DNA of 64,000 bases, taken from Deltaproteobacteria bacterium (GTDB lineage Bacteria; Myxococcota; JACRCW01). Shown piece after piece: positions 30,168 through 40,941 of this stretch. The translations under genes were made by a program, and so were the position numbers. The DNA is taken from assembly GCA_016218805.1 (NCBI GenBank), contig JACRCW010000169.1, positions 1 through 64,000 of the forward strand, given 5' to 3'. How positions within the stretch are numbered: position 1 is the stretch's first letter; the number at the start of each line of letters is the position of its first letter. The notes under the pieces are model-generated. The model was not told the DNA's origin. It searched no databases and saw only the letters and a list, made by a program, of their open reading frames with translations.

Positions 30168-31268
30168 ATGCGCATTCACGCTGCCACCGCGTGCGCGATG
30201 TGCCTGTGGGCCTGTTCACCCCGCCCGTGGGACAACAACGGGGGGACGCAGGTCACCGACGTGAAGTTGGACCCGCCCGGACCCGGCCAGGGCTTCCAGC
30301 TCAGCACCGGCGCGTTTGAGGTTCCCGTCGGCGACGAGTTGCAGGACTGCTACTTCTTCCAGGTTCCGGGGGCGGCCCCAGACCCCGTCTACGTGACGAA
30401 GCTCGACGTGGCGCAGAACAACGGGAGCCACCACATGAACGTGTTCCGCGTGAAGACCATTGTGCGCGACACGGATGGCAGCGCCAGGCTGGGGCCGGAG
30501 AACGGCGCCGTGTCACGCGGGCGCAACGGAACGGGCGAGTGTTTCAAGAGCCCCAATTGGGCGGACTGGCCGCTGGTCATCAACAGCCAGGCGGGCGGCG
30601 CGCTGTCCTGGGAGTTACCGGCGGGCGTGGCGCACCGCTTTGAACCGGGCGAATGGCTCATGGTGCAGACGCACTACGTGAACGCCACCACGCAGCGGAC
30701 GGATTTCCGCGGGCTGGTGCTGGTGAACTTCTGGACCGCACCGGCTTCCGCGGTGCAACACGAGCTGGGCACGCTGTTCGCAACCAAGCAGTCCATTCGC
30801 ATCTGCCAGGGGAATCCCACGCCGTCTTTTGACGGCACCTGCCAGTTCAACAACCCGGAGCCGGTGCACGTGGTGGCGGCCAATGGGCACTTCCACAGCC
30901 GCGGTACGGAGTTCTTCATGTACGCGTGGGACGGGATGTCCACGCAGCCGGCGCCGCCGGACCGTTTCTACTACTCGGACGTCTGGGACGACCCACCGAT
31001 GTTGCGCTCGCCCGAGCTGGACGCCACGGTGCCCGCGCACGGCGGCGTGTTCTACACGTGCGCGTACGAGTGGATGGAGCCCGCGCCGTCCATTGGTTGC
31101 AGCGGGTTGAACGCGTTGGACGCGGCACCGCATCCGAGCTCACCCACGGGGACGCCGCCGGAGGACCTGGACTGCTGCTACGTGTTTGGCGGGCTGGTTG
31201 AGACGGGCGAGCACTGCAACATCTTTGTCTACTATTGGCCCAAAGTGGACAACATCAACTGCTTCTGA
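30168..31268 (+). CDS. Lipoprotein of the type II copper ascorbate-dependent monooxygenase (PHM/DBH-like) fold
   Basis: Signal peptide with LWAC lipobox; SHHM, QTHY, GHFHSRG and GEHCNIFVYY motifs. Confidence 0.7.
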   Translation: MRIHAATACAMCLWACSPRPWDNNGGTQVTDVKLDPPGPGQGFQLSTGAFEVPVGDELQDCYFFQVPGAAPDPVYVTKLDVAQNNGSHHMNVFRVKTIVRDTDGSARLGPENGAVSRGRNGTGECFKSPNWADWPLVINSQAGGALSWELPAGVAHRFEPGEWLMVQTHYVNATTQRTDFRGLVLVNFWTAPASAVQHELGTLFATKQSIRICQGNPTPSFDGTCQFNNPEPVHVVAANGHFHSRGTEFFMYAWDGMSTQPAPPDRFYYSDVWDDPPMLRSPELDATVPAHGGVFYTCAYEWMEPAPSIGCSGLNALDAAPHPSSPTGTPPEDLDCCYVFGGLVETGEHCNIFVYYWPKVDNINCF

Positions 31269-31844
31269 ATGCACGCGCTCCGCTTCAACCGGCTGACCGT
31301 GGACGAGCTGCTCGCCGTGGCGCGGGCGCACCAGGCGCGGTTGCATGACCACGCGCGCGACGAGGTGCGCGCGTGGGGCGGGCGCGTGGCGACGTGCGTG
31401 CGCGGATGGGAAGACGCGCGCGATGCGGAACTGCGCGCCCGCCGCCACCTCTCCGAGGCGCGTGACCGTCGCCGTGACGACGAGGATTCGCTGCGCCAGT
31501 TGCTGACCGCGCTCCATAGCGACGTGGGCCCGCTCCCCACCGACCTGGCCGCGCTGCTGGACCTTCCGGCCGCGGCGCTGGCGGACGCGCTGGCGCCCGT
31601 CGTCGCGTGGATGCGCGGCCTTGCCGGGGTGGATGCGCGGCGGGTGACCGCGGCGGCGGCGCGCACCGCGGCGCTGGTGGAACACGCCGCGCAGGAACAG
31701 ACGGCGGCGCGCGCCCACGTGGACGCGCTGGCGGGGATGGCGGCCGCCGAGGAGGAACTGCGGCGCCGGCTGGCCGCGTCCGCGTACGTGCTGCGGGGTC
31801 TCATGGACGCGGACGCGCTCTTCCCCGCGCCGGAAGCCCAATGA
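31269..31844 (+). CDS. Hypothetical helical protein
   Basis: Starts immediately after the upstream stop; ATGA overlap with the next gene. Confidence 0.6.
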   Translation: MHALRFNRLTVDELLAVARAHQARLHDHARDEVRAWGGRVATCVRGWEDARDAELRARRHLSEARDRRRDDEDSLRQLLTALHSDVGPLPTDLAALLDLPAAALADALAPVVAWMRGLAGVDARRVTAAAARTAALVEHAAQEQTAARAHVDALAGMAAAEEELRRRLAASAYVLRGLMDADALFPAPEAQ

Positions 31845-32593
31845 CGCTGGAACGCGCACATCTGGAGCGGCTGTGCCGCATTCCACCAGAGCAGTTCACG
31901 GCCGAGCGGGACGCCCTGGTCCGTGAGCTCAAGTCCGCCGGCCGCAAGGAAGACGCCGCGGAGGTGAAGGCCCTGCGTCGCCCTTCCACGGCGCTGTACG
32001 CGGTCAACCAGGCCGCGCGGCAGACACCGGAGCAGGTGCAGGCGCTGCTGTCGTTGACGCAGCGCGTGCTCACAGCGCAGCGCGCAGGGGCTCCGGCCGC
32101 CGAGGTGCTGGAGGCCACGCGCCAGCAGCGGGCCGTCCTGCAGTCGCTCGTCGATGCTGCGCGGGCCTTTGCCCCGGACGCCGACGACCGGGTACGGGCG
32201 ATCCTGTCGGCCGCGGCGACGTCACCCGCGGCGACGGAGCAGCTCCGCGCCGGCGTGATGTTGCAGGAGCCCACCGCCGCCGACCTCTCCGAGTTGCTGC
32301 AGGCCCCTGCCCCGCCGCCGGGGGTGGCGCACATTGGCCAGCTGCGGCGGGAGCAGGATGAACGTGCGGAGCGCGAGCGCGCCGCGGAGGAACAGCGACG
32401 AGCCGCGCGGGCCAAGCGGTTGGCGGAACTGGAGCAAGAGGTGGCGCGCGCGGAGGCGGAAGCGCGGGCGGCACACACGCATGCGGAGGAGACGGCAGCG
32501 GAAGCCCGCAAGGCGCGTGAGACGGCGGAGCGCACGGCGCGCGTGCTGGAGGGGCTGCGTTCGCTGCGCAACGACCTGCTCAACGAGAAGTGA
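31841..32593 (+). CDS. Conserved hypothetical protein
   Basis: PPEQFTAERDAL...VKALRRPSTALYAVNQ N-terminal motif, C-terminal coiled coil. Confidence 0.7.
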   Translation: MTLERAHLERLCRIPPEQFTAERDALVRELKSAGRKEDAAEVKALRRPSTALYAVNQAARQTPEQVQALLSLTQRVLTAQRAGAPAAEVLEATRQQRAVLQSLVDAARAFAPDADDRVRAILSAAATSPAATEQLRAGVMLQEPTAADLSELLQAPAPPPGVAHIGQLRREQDERAERERAAEEQRRAARAKRLAELEQEVARAEAEARAAHTHAEETAAEARKARETAERTARVLEGLRSLRNDLLNEK

Positions 32594-32609
32594 ACCGCGT
32601 TTGGCGTTT

Positions 32610-33824
32610 CTACGCGGCAGGGCACGCGGCAAGCGCGCGCTCCATGTCCTCCGCCACGTCGAGCGGATCCTCCACGCCCACGCTGATGCGCACCAGGCCG
32701 TCCGTGATGCCGCGGGCCAACCGCTCCGCCGGGGGGACGCCGCGGTGGCTGCTGCGCGCCGGGATGGTGACGGACGTCGCCACATCGCCCAGGGACGGGA
32801 CCAGCCGGATGTCCTCCAGGTGGCGCACAAACAGCGCGGCCGCGTCCGCGTCCTTGAGCTCAATACACAGCATCATCCCAAACCGCCCGCCGGCGGCGCG
32901 CCCCAGCCACCCCGCCGCGGCGTGACCCGGCAGCGCGGGGTGCACCACGCGGCGCAGCGCGGGCAACCGGCCCGCGGCCCGGCGGTGTTCAAACCGGTGC
33001 GCCAGGAACAGCGCGTTGTCACATGCCGCCGCGGTGCGCAGGTGCAGCGTGCGCAGTCCCCGCGCAAGCAGCCAAGCCTCCAGCGCGCCCAGGTGCGCCC
33101 CCAGCACGCTGCGGCGCGTGCGCACGCGGTCCACCACCGCCCGCGGGCCCGCCACCACGCCCGCGCTCACGTCGCCATGGCCCGCCAGGAACTTGGACGC
33201 GCTGTGGTGCACCACGTCCGCCCCCAGCGCCGCCACCCGCAGCAGCGTGGGCGGCGTGAAGGTGGCATCCACCAGCACCAACGCCCCCGCCGCATGCGCC
33301 AGCGCGGCCACGCGGTCCAGTTCCAGCACCTTCAATGACGGATTGGTGAGCACCTCAAGCAACACCGCCGCAGGGCGGTCCGCCAGCGCCCGCTCCACGG
33401 CGCCCAGGTCCGCCATGTCCACGCGCGCCACGCGGCCGCCGCGCTCGCGGAACATCCCGTTGAGGTAGGTGTCCGTGGTCCCGTACAGGTCCGGCGACGC
33501 CAGCAGCAGCGCCCCCGGCGGGCACAGCGCGTCAATGGCCGCGGTGATGGCCGCCATCCCGGTGGAGAACAGGCAGGCCGCCTCCACGCCTTCCAGCCCC
33601 GCCAGCGTGCGCTCCACGGCGCCATGCAGCGGCGTACCCAGGCGCGCGTACAGCTCGGAATCCCCGCTGGCGTTGAACGCCGCGTCCGCGTCCTCCACGT
33701 TGCGGAACGCCCACGCGGTGGCCTGCGGGATGGGCGGCGCGGTCGGTTCGCCGCGGATGGGCGCGTGCAGCGCGGCGCGCGCGCACTGCGTCCCCACTCC
33801 TGCGGCGCGCTTTCCCGCCGTCAC
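32610..33824 (-). CDS. Cys/Met metabolism PLP-dependent enzyme (cystathionine gamma-synthase/methionine gamma-lyase family)
   Basis: [48 protein letters not shown]. Confidence 0.9.
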   Translation of the reverse strand: MTAGKRAAGVGTQCARAALHAPIRGEPTAPPIPQATAWAFRNVEDADAAFNASGDSELYARLGTPLHGAVERTLAGLEGVEAACLFSTGMAAITAAIDALCPPGALLLASPDLYGTTDTYLNGMFRERGGRVARVDMADLGAVERALADRPAAVLLEVLTNPSLKVLELDRVAALAHAAGALVLVDATFTPPTLLRVAALGADVVHHSASKFLAGHGDVSAGVVAGPRAVVDRVRTRRSVLGAHLGALEAWLLARGLRTLHLRTAAACDNALFLAHRFEHRRAAGRLPALRRVVHPALPGHAAAGWLGRAAGGRFGMMLCIELKDADAAALFVRHLEDIRLVPSLGDVATSVTIPARSSHRGVPPAERLARGITDGLVRISVGVEDPLDVAEDMERALAACPAA

Positions 33825-34765
33825 GCGTGGCCCTCCGCCACCTGTTTCCGGAAGTACTCCAGGGTGCGCACCAGTCCCTCCTCCAACGGCACCCGCGGCT
33901 CCCAGCCCAGCCGCTGGCGCGCCACACTGATGTCCGGACGGCGCTGCCGCGGGTCATCCGGCGGCAGCGGGCGGTGCTCCAGCTTGGACGAGCTCCCGGA
34001 CAACTGCAGGACCTTCTGCGCCAGCTCCAGCATGGTGAACTCGCCGGGGTTGCCCAGGTTCACCGGCCCCACAAACCCGTCCTGCTCCATCATCTTCACC
34101 ATGCCGGTGACCAGGTCATCCACGTACTGGAATGACCGGGTCTGCTTCCCCTCGCCGTAGATGGTCAGCGGCGCGCCCTTGAGCGCCTGCATGATGAAGT
34201 TGGACACCACGCGCCCGTCGTCAGGCAGCATCATGGGGCCGTACGTGTTGAAGATGCGCACCACGCGGATGTCCACGCCGTTCTGCCGGTGGTAGTCAAA
34301 GAACAGCGTCTCGGCCACGCGCTTGCCCTCGTCATAACAGGAGCGCGGGCCATTGGGGTTCACGTGGCCCCAGTAGCTCTCCGGCTGCGGGTGCACCGCG
34401 GGGTCACCGTAGACCTCGCTGGTGGACGCCTGCAGCACGCGCGCGCGCACGCGCTTGGCCAACCCCAGCACGTGGATGGCGCCCAGCACGGACGTCTTCA
34501 CCGTCTTGACCGGGTTGTACTGGTAGTGCACCGGCGAAGCCGGACACGCCAGGTTGTAGATGCGGTCCACCTCCAGCATGAACGGCTCCACCACGTCGTG
34601 GCGGATGAGCTCAAACCGCGGGTTGCCCACCAGCGCCTCCACGTTGCGCTTGCGGCCCGTGAAGAAGTTGTCCAGGCACAGCACCTCGTGCCCGTCCGCC
34701 AGCAGCCGCCGGCACAGGTGTGACCCGATGAACCCCGCCCCACCCGTCACCAACACGCGCGCCAT
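33821..34765 (-). CDS. UDP-glucuronate decarboxylase (UDP-xylose synthase)
   Basis: [48 protein letters not shown]. Confidence 0.95.
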   Translation of the reverse strand: MARVLVTGGAGFIGSHLCRRLLADGHEVLCLDNFFTGRKRNVEALVGNPRFELIRHDVVEPFMLEVDRIYNLACPASPVHYQYNPVKTVKTSVLGAIHVLGLAKRVRARVLQASTSEVYGDPAVHPQPESYWGHVNPNGPRSCYDEGKRVAETLFFDYHRQNGVDIRVVRIFNTYGPMMLPDDGRVVSNFIMQALKGAPLTIYGEGKQTRSFQYVDDLVTGMVKMMEQDGFVGPVNLGNPGEFTMLELAQKVLQLSGSSSKLEHRPLPPDDPRQRRPDISVARQRLGWEPRVPLEEGLVRTLEYFRKQVAEGHA

Positions 34766-34897
34766 GCCGTCCCTCGCTCCCGTGCGCGCCGGCACGGGCC
34801 GGGCGCGCGGCGGATGGTTGCCACACCGCGGCACGCCCGCTCAATGCGCGGTGCGCGTCCGCTCCCTGTTGTGTGTTGCCCGGCGGGCGGGCTCCGC

Positions 34898-35440
34898 TCA
34901 GCCGGTGCCCAGCGCCTTGGCCTTGCGGTCGCGGATCGCCTTCAGCGCGGCCCCGGATTCGCCCAGCTTGGGCATGGCCTCGTCAATGGCGGCAATGGCC
35001 TCGCGGTCCTGCTGCTTCATGCCCTCCAGCGTCGCGGCAAACAGGTCAAAGAAACCCTTCATCTCGTCGCCATCACGCAGCGGGCGCATGCTGGGGTAGC
35101 CGCCGTCCTTCAGCTCACGCAGGTAGCGGCTGATGATGTAGATGGGACCCGCAATGCGGTGCGTGACCAGCACGCCCCAGAAACCCAGCGCCACAATCTC
35201 CAGCACCACAAACGCCACCACCACGGTGACAATGGTGGTGCTCTCGCGGCGGCTGATCTCCTGGCCCACCGCTTCGCTCAACTCCAGCAGCTGCGTGTTC
35301 TCGTTGTACGCGCGGTAGATGAAGTACGCGCAGATGATGCTGATGATCGCTCCCATCGCCACCACCAGCCCGGTGTACTTGAGCTGGAACTGCGGATCGA
35401 TGAGCAGGATGCTCCGGCGGTACTGCCGCGGCTGGTTCAT
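34898..35440 (-). CDS. Two-TM membrane protein with HAMP-like segment
   Basis: Two hydrophobic helices; THRIAGP...LRDGDE motif. Confidence 0.7.
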   Translation of the reverse strand: MNQPRQYRRSILLIDPQFQLKYTGLVVAMGAIISIICAYFIYRAYNENTQLLELSEAVGQEISRRESTTIVTVVVAFVVLEIVALGFWGVLVTHRIAGPIYIISRYLRELKDGGYPSMRPLRDGDEMKGFFDLFAATLEGMKQQDREAIAAIDEAMPKLGESGAALKAIRDRKAKALGTG

Positions 35441-35610
35441 GGCGGGCTGCTCCCTCTAAGGCGCGTACGATACGCCGAGCCTAGGTAGGACTGCCCCGCC
35501 AGATCAAGGAAGACGCCGCCGCGCCACCCCCGCTTGCACGCGGCCCGCCCCGGCGCGACATCCCACCCGCACCGCGCCCAAGGGGGCGCACCACGGATGG
35601 GAGCAACGCC

Positions 35611-36585
35611 ATGCAGTACACGCAGCTGGGCCGCACCGGCCTGAAGGTGAGCCGCCTGTGCCTGGGGACCATGAACTTTGGGCCCAACACCACAGAGGAT
35701 GACGCGGTGGCCATCATGGACCAGGCGCTGGAGCTGGGGATCAACTTCTGGGACACGGCCAACGTGTACGGCTGGAAGTCCGGCGAAGGCGTCACCGAGC
35801 AGATCCTGGGGCGCTTCTTTGCCCGCGGCGGCGGCCGCCGGGACAAGGTGGTGCTGGCCACCAAGGTCTACGGCAACATGGGCGAGTGGCCCAACCAGGC
35901 GCGCCTCAGCGCGCTGCACATCCGCCGCGCCTGCGAGCACAGCCTCAAGCGCCTGCAGACGGACCACATTGACCTCTACCAGATGCACCACGTGGACCGG
36001 CACGCGCCGTGGGATGAGATCTGGCAGGCGTTTGAGGTGCTGGTCACGCAGGGGAAGGTGCTCTACGTGGGGAGCAGCAACTTTGCCGGCTGGCAGATTG
36101 CGCACGCGCAGATGGAGGCGCGCGCGCGCCACTTCCTGGGCCTGGTCAGCGAGCAGTCCCTGTACAACCTCACCGAGCGCACCCTTGAGCTGGAGGTCAT
36201 CCCGGCGTGCCGGCAGTTTGGGCTGGGGCTCATCCCGTGGAGCCCGCTGGCCAGCGGCGTGCTGGGCGGGAAGCTCAAGGCGCAGGAGACCCTGTCCCGC
36301 CGCCAGGAGGAATGGGGCCAGAAGGTCTACCACCGCAACCAGGAGGCCGCAGACCGCTACGAGGTGTTCTGCAAGGAGCTGGGCCACCCGCCCGCCGACG
36401 TGGCGCTGGGCTGGCTGCTGCACAACATGGCGGTGACGGCGCCCATCATTGGGCCGCGCACGGTGGCGCAGCTGGAGGCCAGCGTGCGCGCGCTGGACCT
36501 CAAGCTGGACGAGACCGCGCTCAAGAAGCTGGATGAGATCTGGCCGGGCCCCGGTGGCGAGGCGCCGGAGGCCTACGCCTGGTGA
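35611..36585 (+). CDS. Aldo/keto reductase
   Basis: LCLGTMNFG, DTANVY, LATK, SLKRLQTDHIDLYQMH, PWSPL. Confidence 0.95.
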   Translation: MQYTQLGRTGLKVSRLCLGTMNFGPNTTEDDAVAIMDQALELGINFWDTANVYGWKSGEGVTEQILGRFFARGGGRRDKVVLATKVYGNMGEWPNQARLSALHIRRACEHSLKRLQTDHIDLYQMHHVDRHAPWDEIWQAFEVLVTQGKVLYVGSSNFAGWQIAHAQMEARARHFLGLVSEQSLYNLTERTLELEVIPACRQFGLGLIPWSPLASGVLGGKLKAQETLSRRQEEWGQKVYHRNQEAADRYEVFCKELGHPPADVALGWLLHNMAVTAPIIGPRTVAQLEASVRALDLKLDETALKKLDEIWPGPGGEAPEAYAW

Positions 36586-36603
36586 CCACCCGCCACCACC
36601 GCG

Positions 36604-38619
36604 TCACTTGGGCTCAACTTCCGTGTGGTCCACCGCGGTGCACAGCGTCTTCACCGTGACGAACTTGCTGTGCTCATGCAGGCCAATGGCCACGCGGTGC
36701 GTGATGTTGGGCGGGGAGAAGTACCGCGGCTTGTTGGGGTCGCCAATGGGCGTGGTCCGCGCGGCCTCCAGGTCGGGCAGGAGGGCCTTGTCCAGCCAGC
36801 CGCGCGCCTGGTCCTTGGTGATGCCGTGGTTCTGCAGGATGTCCGGGGCCTGCGCTTCCACGCCCTTGAGCATGTTCTGCGCCAGCCCCATGGTCTGCGG
36901 GTTGATGGTCCCGCCCGGCGCAAAGTCCTCCTTCTTGCCACCCAGCCCCACGTAGAGCGCGGCCGCCGACTGTTGCATGAACTTCTGCAGGTCCGCCGGG
37001 GACGCAATGTTCTGCGTCTTGGCCTCCGCGATCATCACCTTGTTCATCACGGGCAAGGCCAGCTTGAAGTACTGCTCCGCGGTCACGCCCGTGCGCTCCT
37101 TGAGCACTTCCAGGAACCCGGCCAGCATGGCGCACGTCGTCACGCCGCCCACGTCCTTGAAGTTGGCGTAGACGTTCATGAAGTCGTTCATGATGTCCGG
37201 CGTGGTCTCCGCGGGCCACGCCAGACCCTTGCCAAACCCCGCCTCGTTCACCGGGTTCTGGATGCCCTCCTTCTTCCACAGCGGCTCAAAGCTGGTCTCC
37301 GGCATGTCCTTGCCGGTGGCAGCCTTGTACTTGGCCTGCACTTCGCCAAACAGCTTCTTCCCCTCGGCGTCGCCCCAGATTTCCTTGAAGGCGGCCTCAT
37401 TGTGGGGGACGTTGAGCATGATGTTGGTGACAATGGTTTTGTGCTCGGCGCAGTAGGTGTGCCACTTGGGGTTGGACTTCAGTTCCGGGTCGTCACGGAC
37501 CCAGCGCTTGTAGAAGTCCAGCGTCGTCTTGAGGTCAATGGTCTTGTAGAAGTCGTTCTTGTAGTCCGGCGGGAACTGGACGCCCTTGTTGAGGATGGCG
37601 TCGGCAATCAGCGCGTTCTGGTTGAGCGTCTTCTGGGGCACGCCCTCCAGGCTCACCATCTGCACGTTGGCCGGGTAGCCCGCCACCTCCCATTGGTTCT
37701 GGTGGTAGGTCTCCGGCGAGTTGGTGGTGCGCCCGCCACCGACGTACGCCCCCAGGTGCGTGTTGCCGCCTTCAGTCTTGAGCAGGGTGCCGGCCAGCTC
37801 CTTGAGCGTGCCGGTGTGCCCTTCCGGGTGGATGTAGCCAATGAGCGCAAAGATGGGGTCATCCGCGCCCAGGCCCATCTCCTTGCGCAGGAAGTCATCC
37901 ATCTGCTGGTGGCCGGGGACGGTCTTGCCGTCGGCCGTCTTCACCGTCGTGTCGTCGCCCACGGCCACAAACCGCATGCCCACCTTGCCGCCGCCCAGGT
38001 CGTAGTGGAAGTCCCGCACGTTGAAGGCGCCGCCGCCGGGCAGCTGCACATCCGTGGTGCCAAACTTGTCCGCCTTCACGCCCTTGTACGCGTCCGCAAG
38101 CGCGGCACTCTTGAGCTTCCACGGCCCGTCAAAGGTGGCCACGCCCTTGAACTGCGGGACGATATCGGTTGGCGCGACGCCCAGGCGCAGGTCCATCACA
38201 CTGCCGCCGGTGCCCACGCCGCCTGTGCCCACCGGGCGGTTGCCGCCGCCGGGCGTGGTCACGGTGCCCGTGCCGGTGCCACCGGTGTTGCCCGTGGGGG
38301 CCGCCGGCCGCAGCGACGTCAGCAACGCCTCCAGGCCTGCCGTCTTGGCCGCCTTGGTCAGGGTCACCCCGCGGCACTTCTCCTCCAGCAGCGCCTTCAC
38401 GGACGCATCCGCACCCGGGAGCGCGGCCAGCTTCATGAGCCACTTGGCCTCGGTCACATTGATGGTGGGCGTGCGGCCGGTCACCAGCTTGGGGAACGTG
38501 TCCGTCAACAGCGTCTTGAGCTGCTGGGCGTCCGCGTTGGCCGGGAACGCGGGCAGCGCGTTGGCGTTGGACGTGGTGGAGGTGCCGGAGACGGGACGGG
38601 TTGGATTGACGGGTGGCAT
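36604..38619 (-). CDS. Hypothetical 671-aa protein, possible permuted papain-like domain
   Basis: Strong host codon bias; S/T/P-rich N-terminus, G/T linker, THLGAY and TYCAEH motifs. Confidence 0.75.
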   Translation of the reverse strand: MPPVNPTRPVSGTSTTSNANALPAFPANADAQQLKTLLTDTFPKLVTGRTPTINVTEAKWLMKLAALPGADASVKALLEEKCRGVTLTKAAKTAGLEALLTSLRPAAPTGNTGGTGTGTVTTPGGGNRPVGTGGVGTGGSVMDLRLGVAPTDIVPQFKGVATFDGPWKLKSAALADAYKGVKADKFGTTDVQLPGGGAFNVRDFHYDLGGGKVGMRFVAVGDDTTVKTADGKTVPGHQQMDDFLRKEMGLGADDPIFALIGYIHPEGHTGTLKELAGTLLKTEGGNTHLGAYVGGGRTTNSPETYHQNQWEVAGYPANVQMVSLEGVPQKTLNQNALIADAILNKGVQFPPDYKNDFYKTIDLKTTLDFYKRWVRDDPELKSNPKWHTYCAEHKTIVTNIMLNVPHNEAAFKEIWGDAEGKKLFGEVQAKYKAATGKDMPETSFEPLWKKEGIQNPVNEAGFGKGLAWPAETTPDIMNDFMNVYANFKDVGGVTTCAMLAGFLEVLKERTGVTAEQYFKLALPVMNKVMIAEAKTQNIASPADLQKFMQQSAAALYVGLGGKKEDFAPGGTINPQTMGLAQNMLKGVEAQAPDILQNHGITKDQARGWLDKALLPDLEAARTTPIGDPNKPRYFSPPNITHRVAIGLHEHSKFVTVKTLCTAVDHTEVEPK

Positions 38620-38724
38620 CAGAAGACTCCCCTCGGTTGACGAGAACGGCCGCGCACTGTTGGCCCCTGTCAGGGCGTTGTCAAGGCAGCGGCCACGCTT
38701 CCCGACGACGCGACGTGAGGTGTC

Positions 38725-39543
38725 TCACGGGCGGCGGCGCGGCTTGAGCCACTGCGCCACCGCCGTGGCAAGGGCCGCCGTGTCCCGACGGGCGGAGGCG
38801 GCAGCCAGGCGGGCCAGCGGTGTGCCGCGCGCGACCTCCGCCAGGATGGGTGCCGCCGCCTGCGCGTCCAACGTGCGCCCCAGGGCGTCCTGCACGGTCC
38901 GCAGCGCGTGCAGGTCGTCGTCGGAAAGGGGGCGCCAGCCCAGCGTGTGGGCAGCCTCCAGCGCGTACCGCAGGCGCTTGAAGCGGATGCGCAGGCGGTG
39001 CAGCGCGGCCAGGTCCCGGTGGTGCGCGGCGCGCTGCGCGGCCCGGGTCACCTGTTCAGCCAGGCCGGCCAGGCGGCGGGGCCAGCGTTCACCCAGGCGG
39101 CCCTGTGACGCAGTGGCGAACCGCGCGAGCGCGCGCGTCAACCGCTGCGCGGGGCCGGTGCACCCGGCGGCCGCCGCGTGACGGGCCGCGCGCACCTTCC
39201 TCTGCAGGGCGGCCCGGGCCGGGGCCAGGCGCAGGGTCACGCGCGGCTGGGACTCCCGGGCCAGCCGGGTGAGGACGCCCAGGGCCACCTCGGCGTCGCG
39301 CGCACCCCCAAGCGTACGCCGCAGCTCGCGCAAGCGGCGCTGCGCGGCGCGCGCCTGGCGCCGGGTGCCGCGTGGCCGAAGCAGCTCCACCAACGCCTCC
39401 AGCCGCCGGGTGGCCACGCGCGCGTCGTGGACGGCCTCTTCGCCGCCCGTCTGCAGCGTGCCCACGGCGTGCTGCAGCGCGGCTTCCGCGTCAGTCCAGG
39501 CGGCCAGAGGCACGGGCGGGCGGGGCGTGGGACGGCGCACCAT
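38725..39543 (-). CDS. CHAD domain protein
   Basis: VHDARVATRRL, LGGARDAEV, LHRLRIRFKRLRYALE, VQDALG. Confidence 0.9.
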   Translation of the reverse strand: MVRRPTPRPPVPLAAWTDAEAALQHAVGTLQTGGEEAVHDARVATRRLEALVELLRPRGTRRQARAAQRRLRELRRTLGGARDAEVALGVLTRLARESQPRVTLRLAPARAALQRKVRAARHAAAAGCTGPAQRLTRALARFATASQGRLGERWPRRLAGLAEQVTRAAQRAAHHRDLAALHRLRIRFKRLRYALEAAHTLGWRPLSDDDLHALRTVQDALGRTLDAQAAAPILAEVARGTPLARLAAASARRDTAALATAVAQWLKPRRRP

Positions 39544-39627
39544 GGCCGCAAACTAGCGCCCCTTTGGCCCTGCGCCAGTTCCCGGTCGCGTGGACAGCCC
39601 CCGCCGGTCGTGCGTTAAGGGAACGTC

Positions 39628-40485
39628 ATGACCGCCGCCTCCGCCACCGCCCTCATCAGCTGCCCGGACCAGAAGGGCATCGTCGCCGAAATCGCCCTGT
39701 TCATCCGTGACCACGGCGGGAACATCCTGGACGCGGACCAGCATTCCGACGCGGCTGTGGGGCAGTTCTTCATGCGCGTGGTGTTTGACCTGGCCGGGAT
39801 GAGCCTGCCCGCCACCGCCCTGCAGGCGACGATGACGGAGGCCCTGCGCCGCTTCAGCGCGCGCGTGGAGGTCCGCCTGTCCACCGACGTCAAACGTGCG
39901 GCCATCCTGGTCAGCAAGCAGGACCACTGCTTCTATGACCTGCTGCTGCGCCACCGCGCGGGCGAGCTCAACTGCCAGATCCCGCTCATCATCTCCAACC
40001 ACCCGGACCTGGAGGAACCCGCGCGGCACTTCGGCATCCCCTACCTGCACGTCCCAGTTGCCAAGGACAACAAGACCGCCGCGGAAGACAGCATCCTGGC
40101 CGAACTCGCCCGGGCCGACGTCCACCTCGTCGTGCTTGCCCGCTACATGCAGATCCTGTCCTCGCGTTTCTGCGCGGCCTACCCGCACCGCATCATCAAC
40201 ATCCACCACAGCTTCCTGCCCGCATTTGTTGGCGCCAACCCGTACCGCCAGGCGTTTGACCGCGGGGTGAAGCTCATTGGCGCCACGTCCCACTACGTCA
40301 CGGACGTGCTGGATGACGGGCCCATCATTGACCAGCAGGTGGACCGCGTGACGCACCGGGACAGCGTTGAGGACCTGGTGCGCCACGGCAAAGACCTGGA
40401 GCGCGTGGTGCTGGGGCGCGCGGTGCGGCTGCACCTGGAAGACCGCGTGCTGGTCAGCGGGCGCAAGACCATCGTGTTTGCCTGA
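39628..40485 (+). CDS. purU: Formyltetrahydrofolate deformylase
   Basis: ACT domain CPDQKGIVA; VLARYMQIL, INIHHSFLPAF, GVKLIGATSHYV. Confidence 0.96.
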   Translation: MTAASATALISCPDQKGIVAEIALFIRDHGGNILDADQHSDAAVGQFFMRVVFDLAGMSLPATALQATMTEALRRFSARVEVRLSTDVKRAAILVSKQDHCFYDLLLRHRAGELNCQIPLIISNHPDLEEPARHFGIPYLHVPVAKDNKTAAEDSILAELARADVHLVVLARYMQILSSRFCAAYPHRIINIHHSFLPAFVGANPYRQAFDRGVKLIGATSHYVTDVLDDGPIIDQQVDRVTHRDSVEDLVRHGKDLERVVLGRAVRLHLEDRVLVSGRKTIVFA

Positions 40486-40934
40486 TGGATGACCTTGCCG
40501 CCATGGCCCTGGCGCTCGCGGAGGCGCGCGCCGCCGCGGAGGCGGGGGACGTTCCCGTGGGGGCGGTGGTGCTGCACGGCGGGGAGATTGTCGGCCGCGG
40601 CCGCAACCGCCGCGAAGCCCTGCGCGACCCCACCTGGCACGCCGAGGTGGAGGCAATCCGCGCGGCGTCCTCCCGGCTGGGCCGCTGGCGGCTGACGGGG
40701 TGCACGCTGCTGGTCACGCTGGAACCCTGTCCCATGTGCGCCTACGCGCTGGTGCTGGCGCGGGTGGACCGCGTGGCGTGGGCGGCTACCGACCCGCGGT
40801 TTGGCGGCGCCGGCAGCCTGCACGCGCTGCTGCGGGACCCGCGCCACAATCACCGGCCCGCCGTCACCACGGGCCTGCTGGCGGAGGAGTGTTCGGACCT
40901 GCTCAAGGACTTCTTCCGCGCGCGGCGCGCTTAG
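40485..40934 (+). CDS. tadA: tRNA adenosine(34) deaminase
   Basis: VPVGAV, DPTWHAE, VTLEPCPMC, FFRARR C-terminus. Confidence 0.9.
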   Translation: MDDLAAMALALAEARAAAEAGDVPVGAVVLHGGEIVGRGRNRREALRDPTWHAEVEAIRAASSRLGRWRLTGCTLLVTLEPCPMCAYALVLARVDRVAWAATDPRFGGAGSLHALLRDPRHNHRPAVTTGLLAEECSDLLKDFFRARRA

Positions 40935-40941
40935 GGAACGG

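Noticed and set aside
38655..38690. TTGACA on the - strand as the sigma70 promoter of the 671-aa gene
   Set aside because: The -10 element (AACAGT) is a poor match, so support is insufficient.
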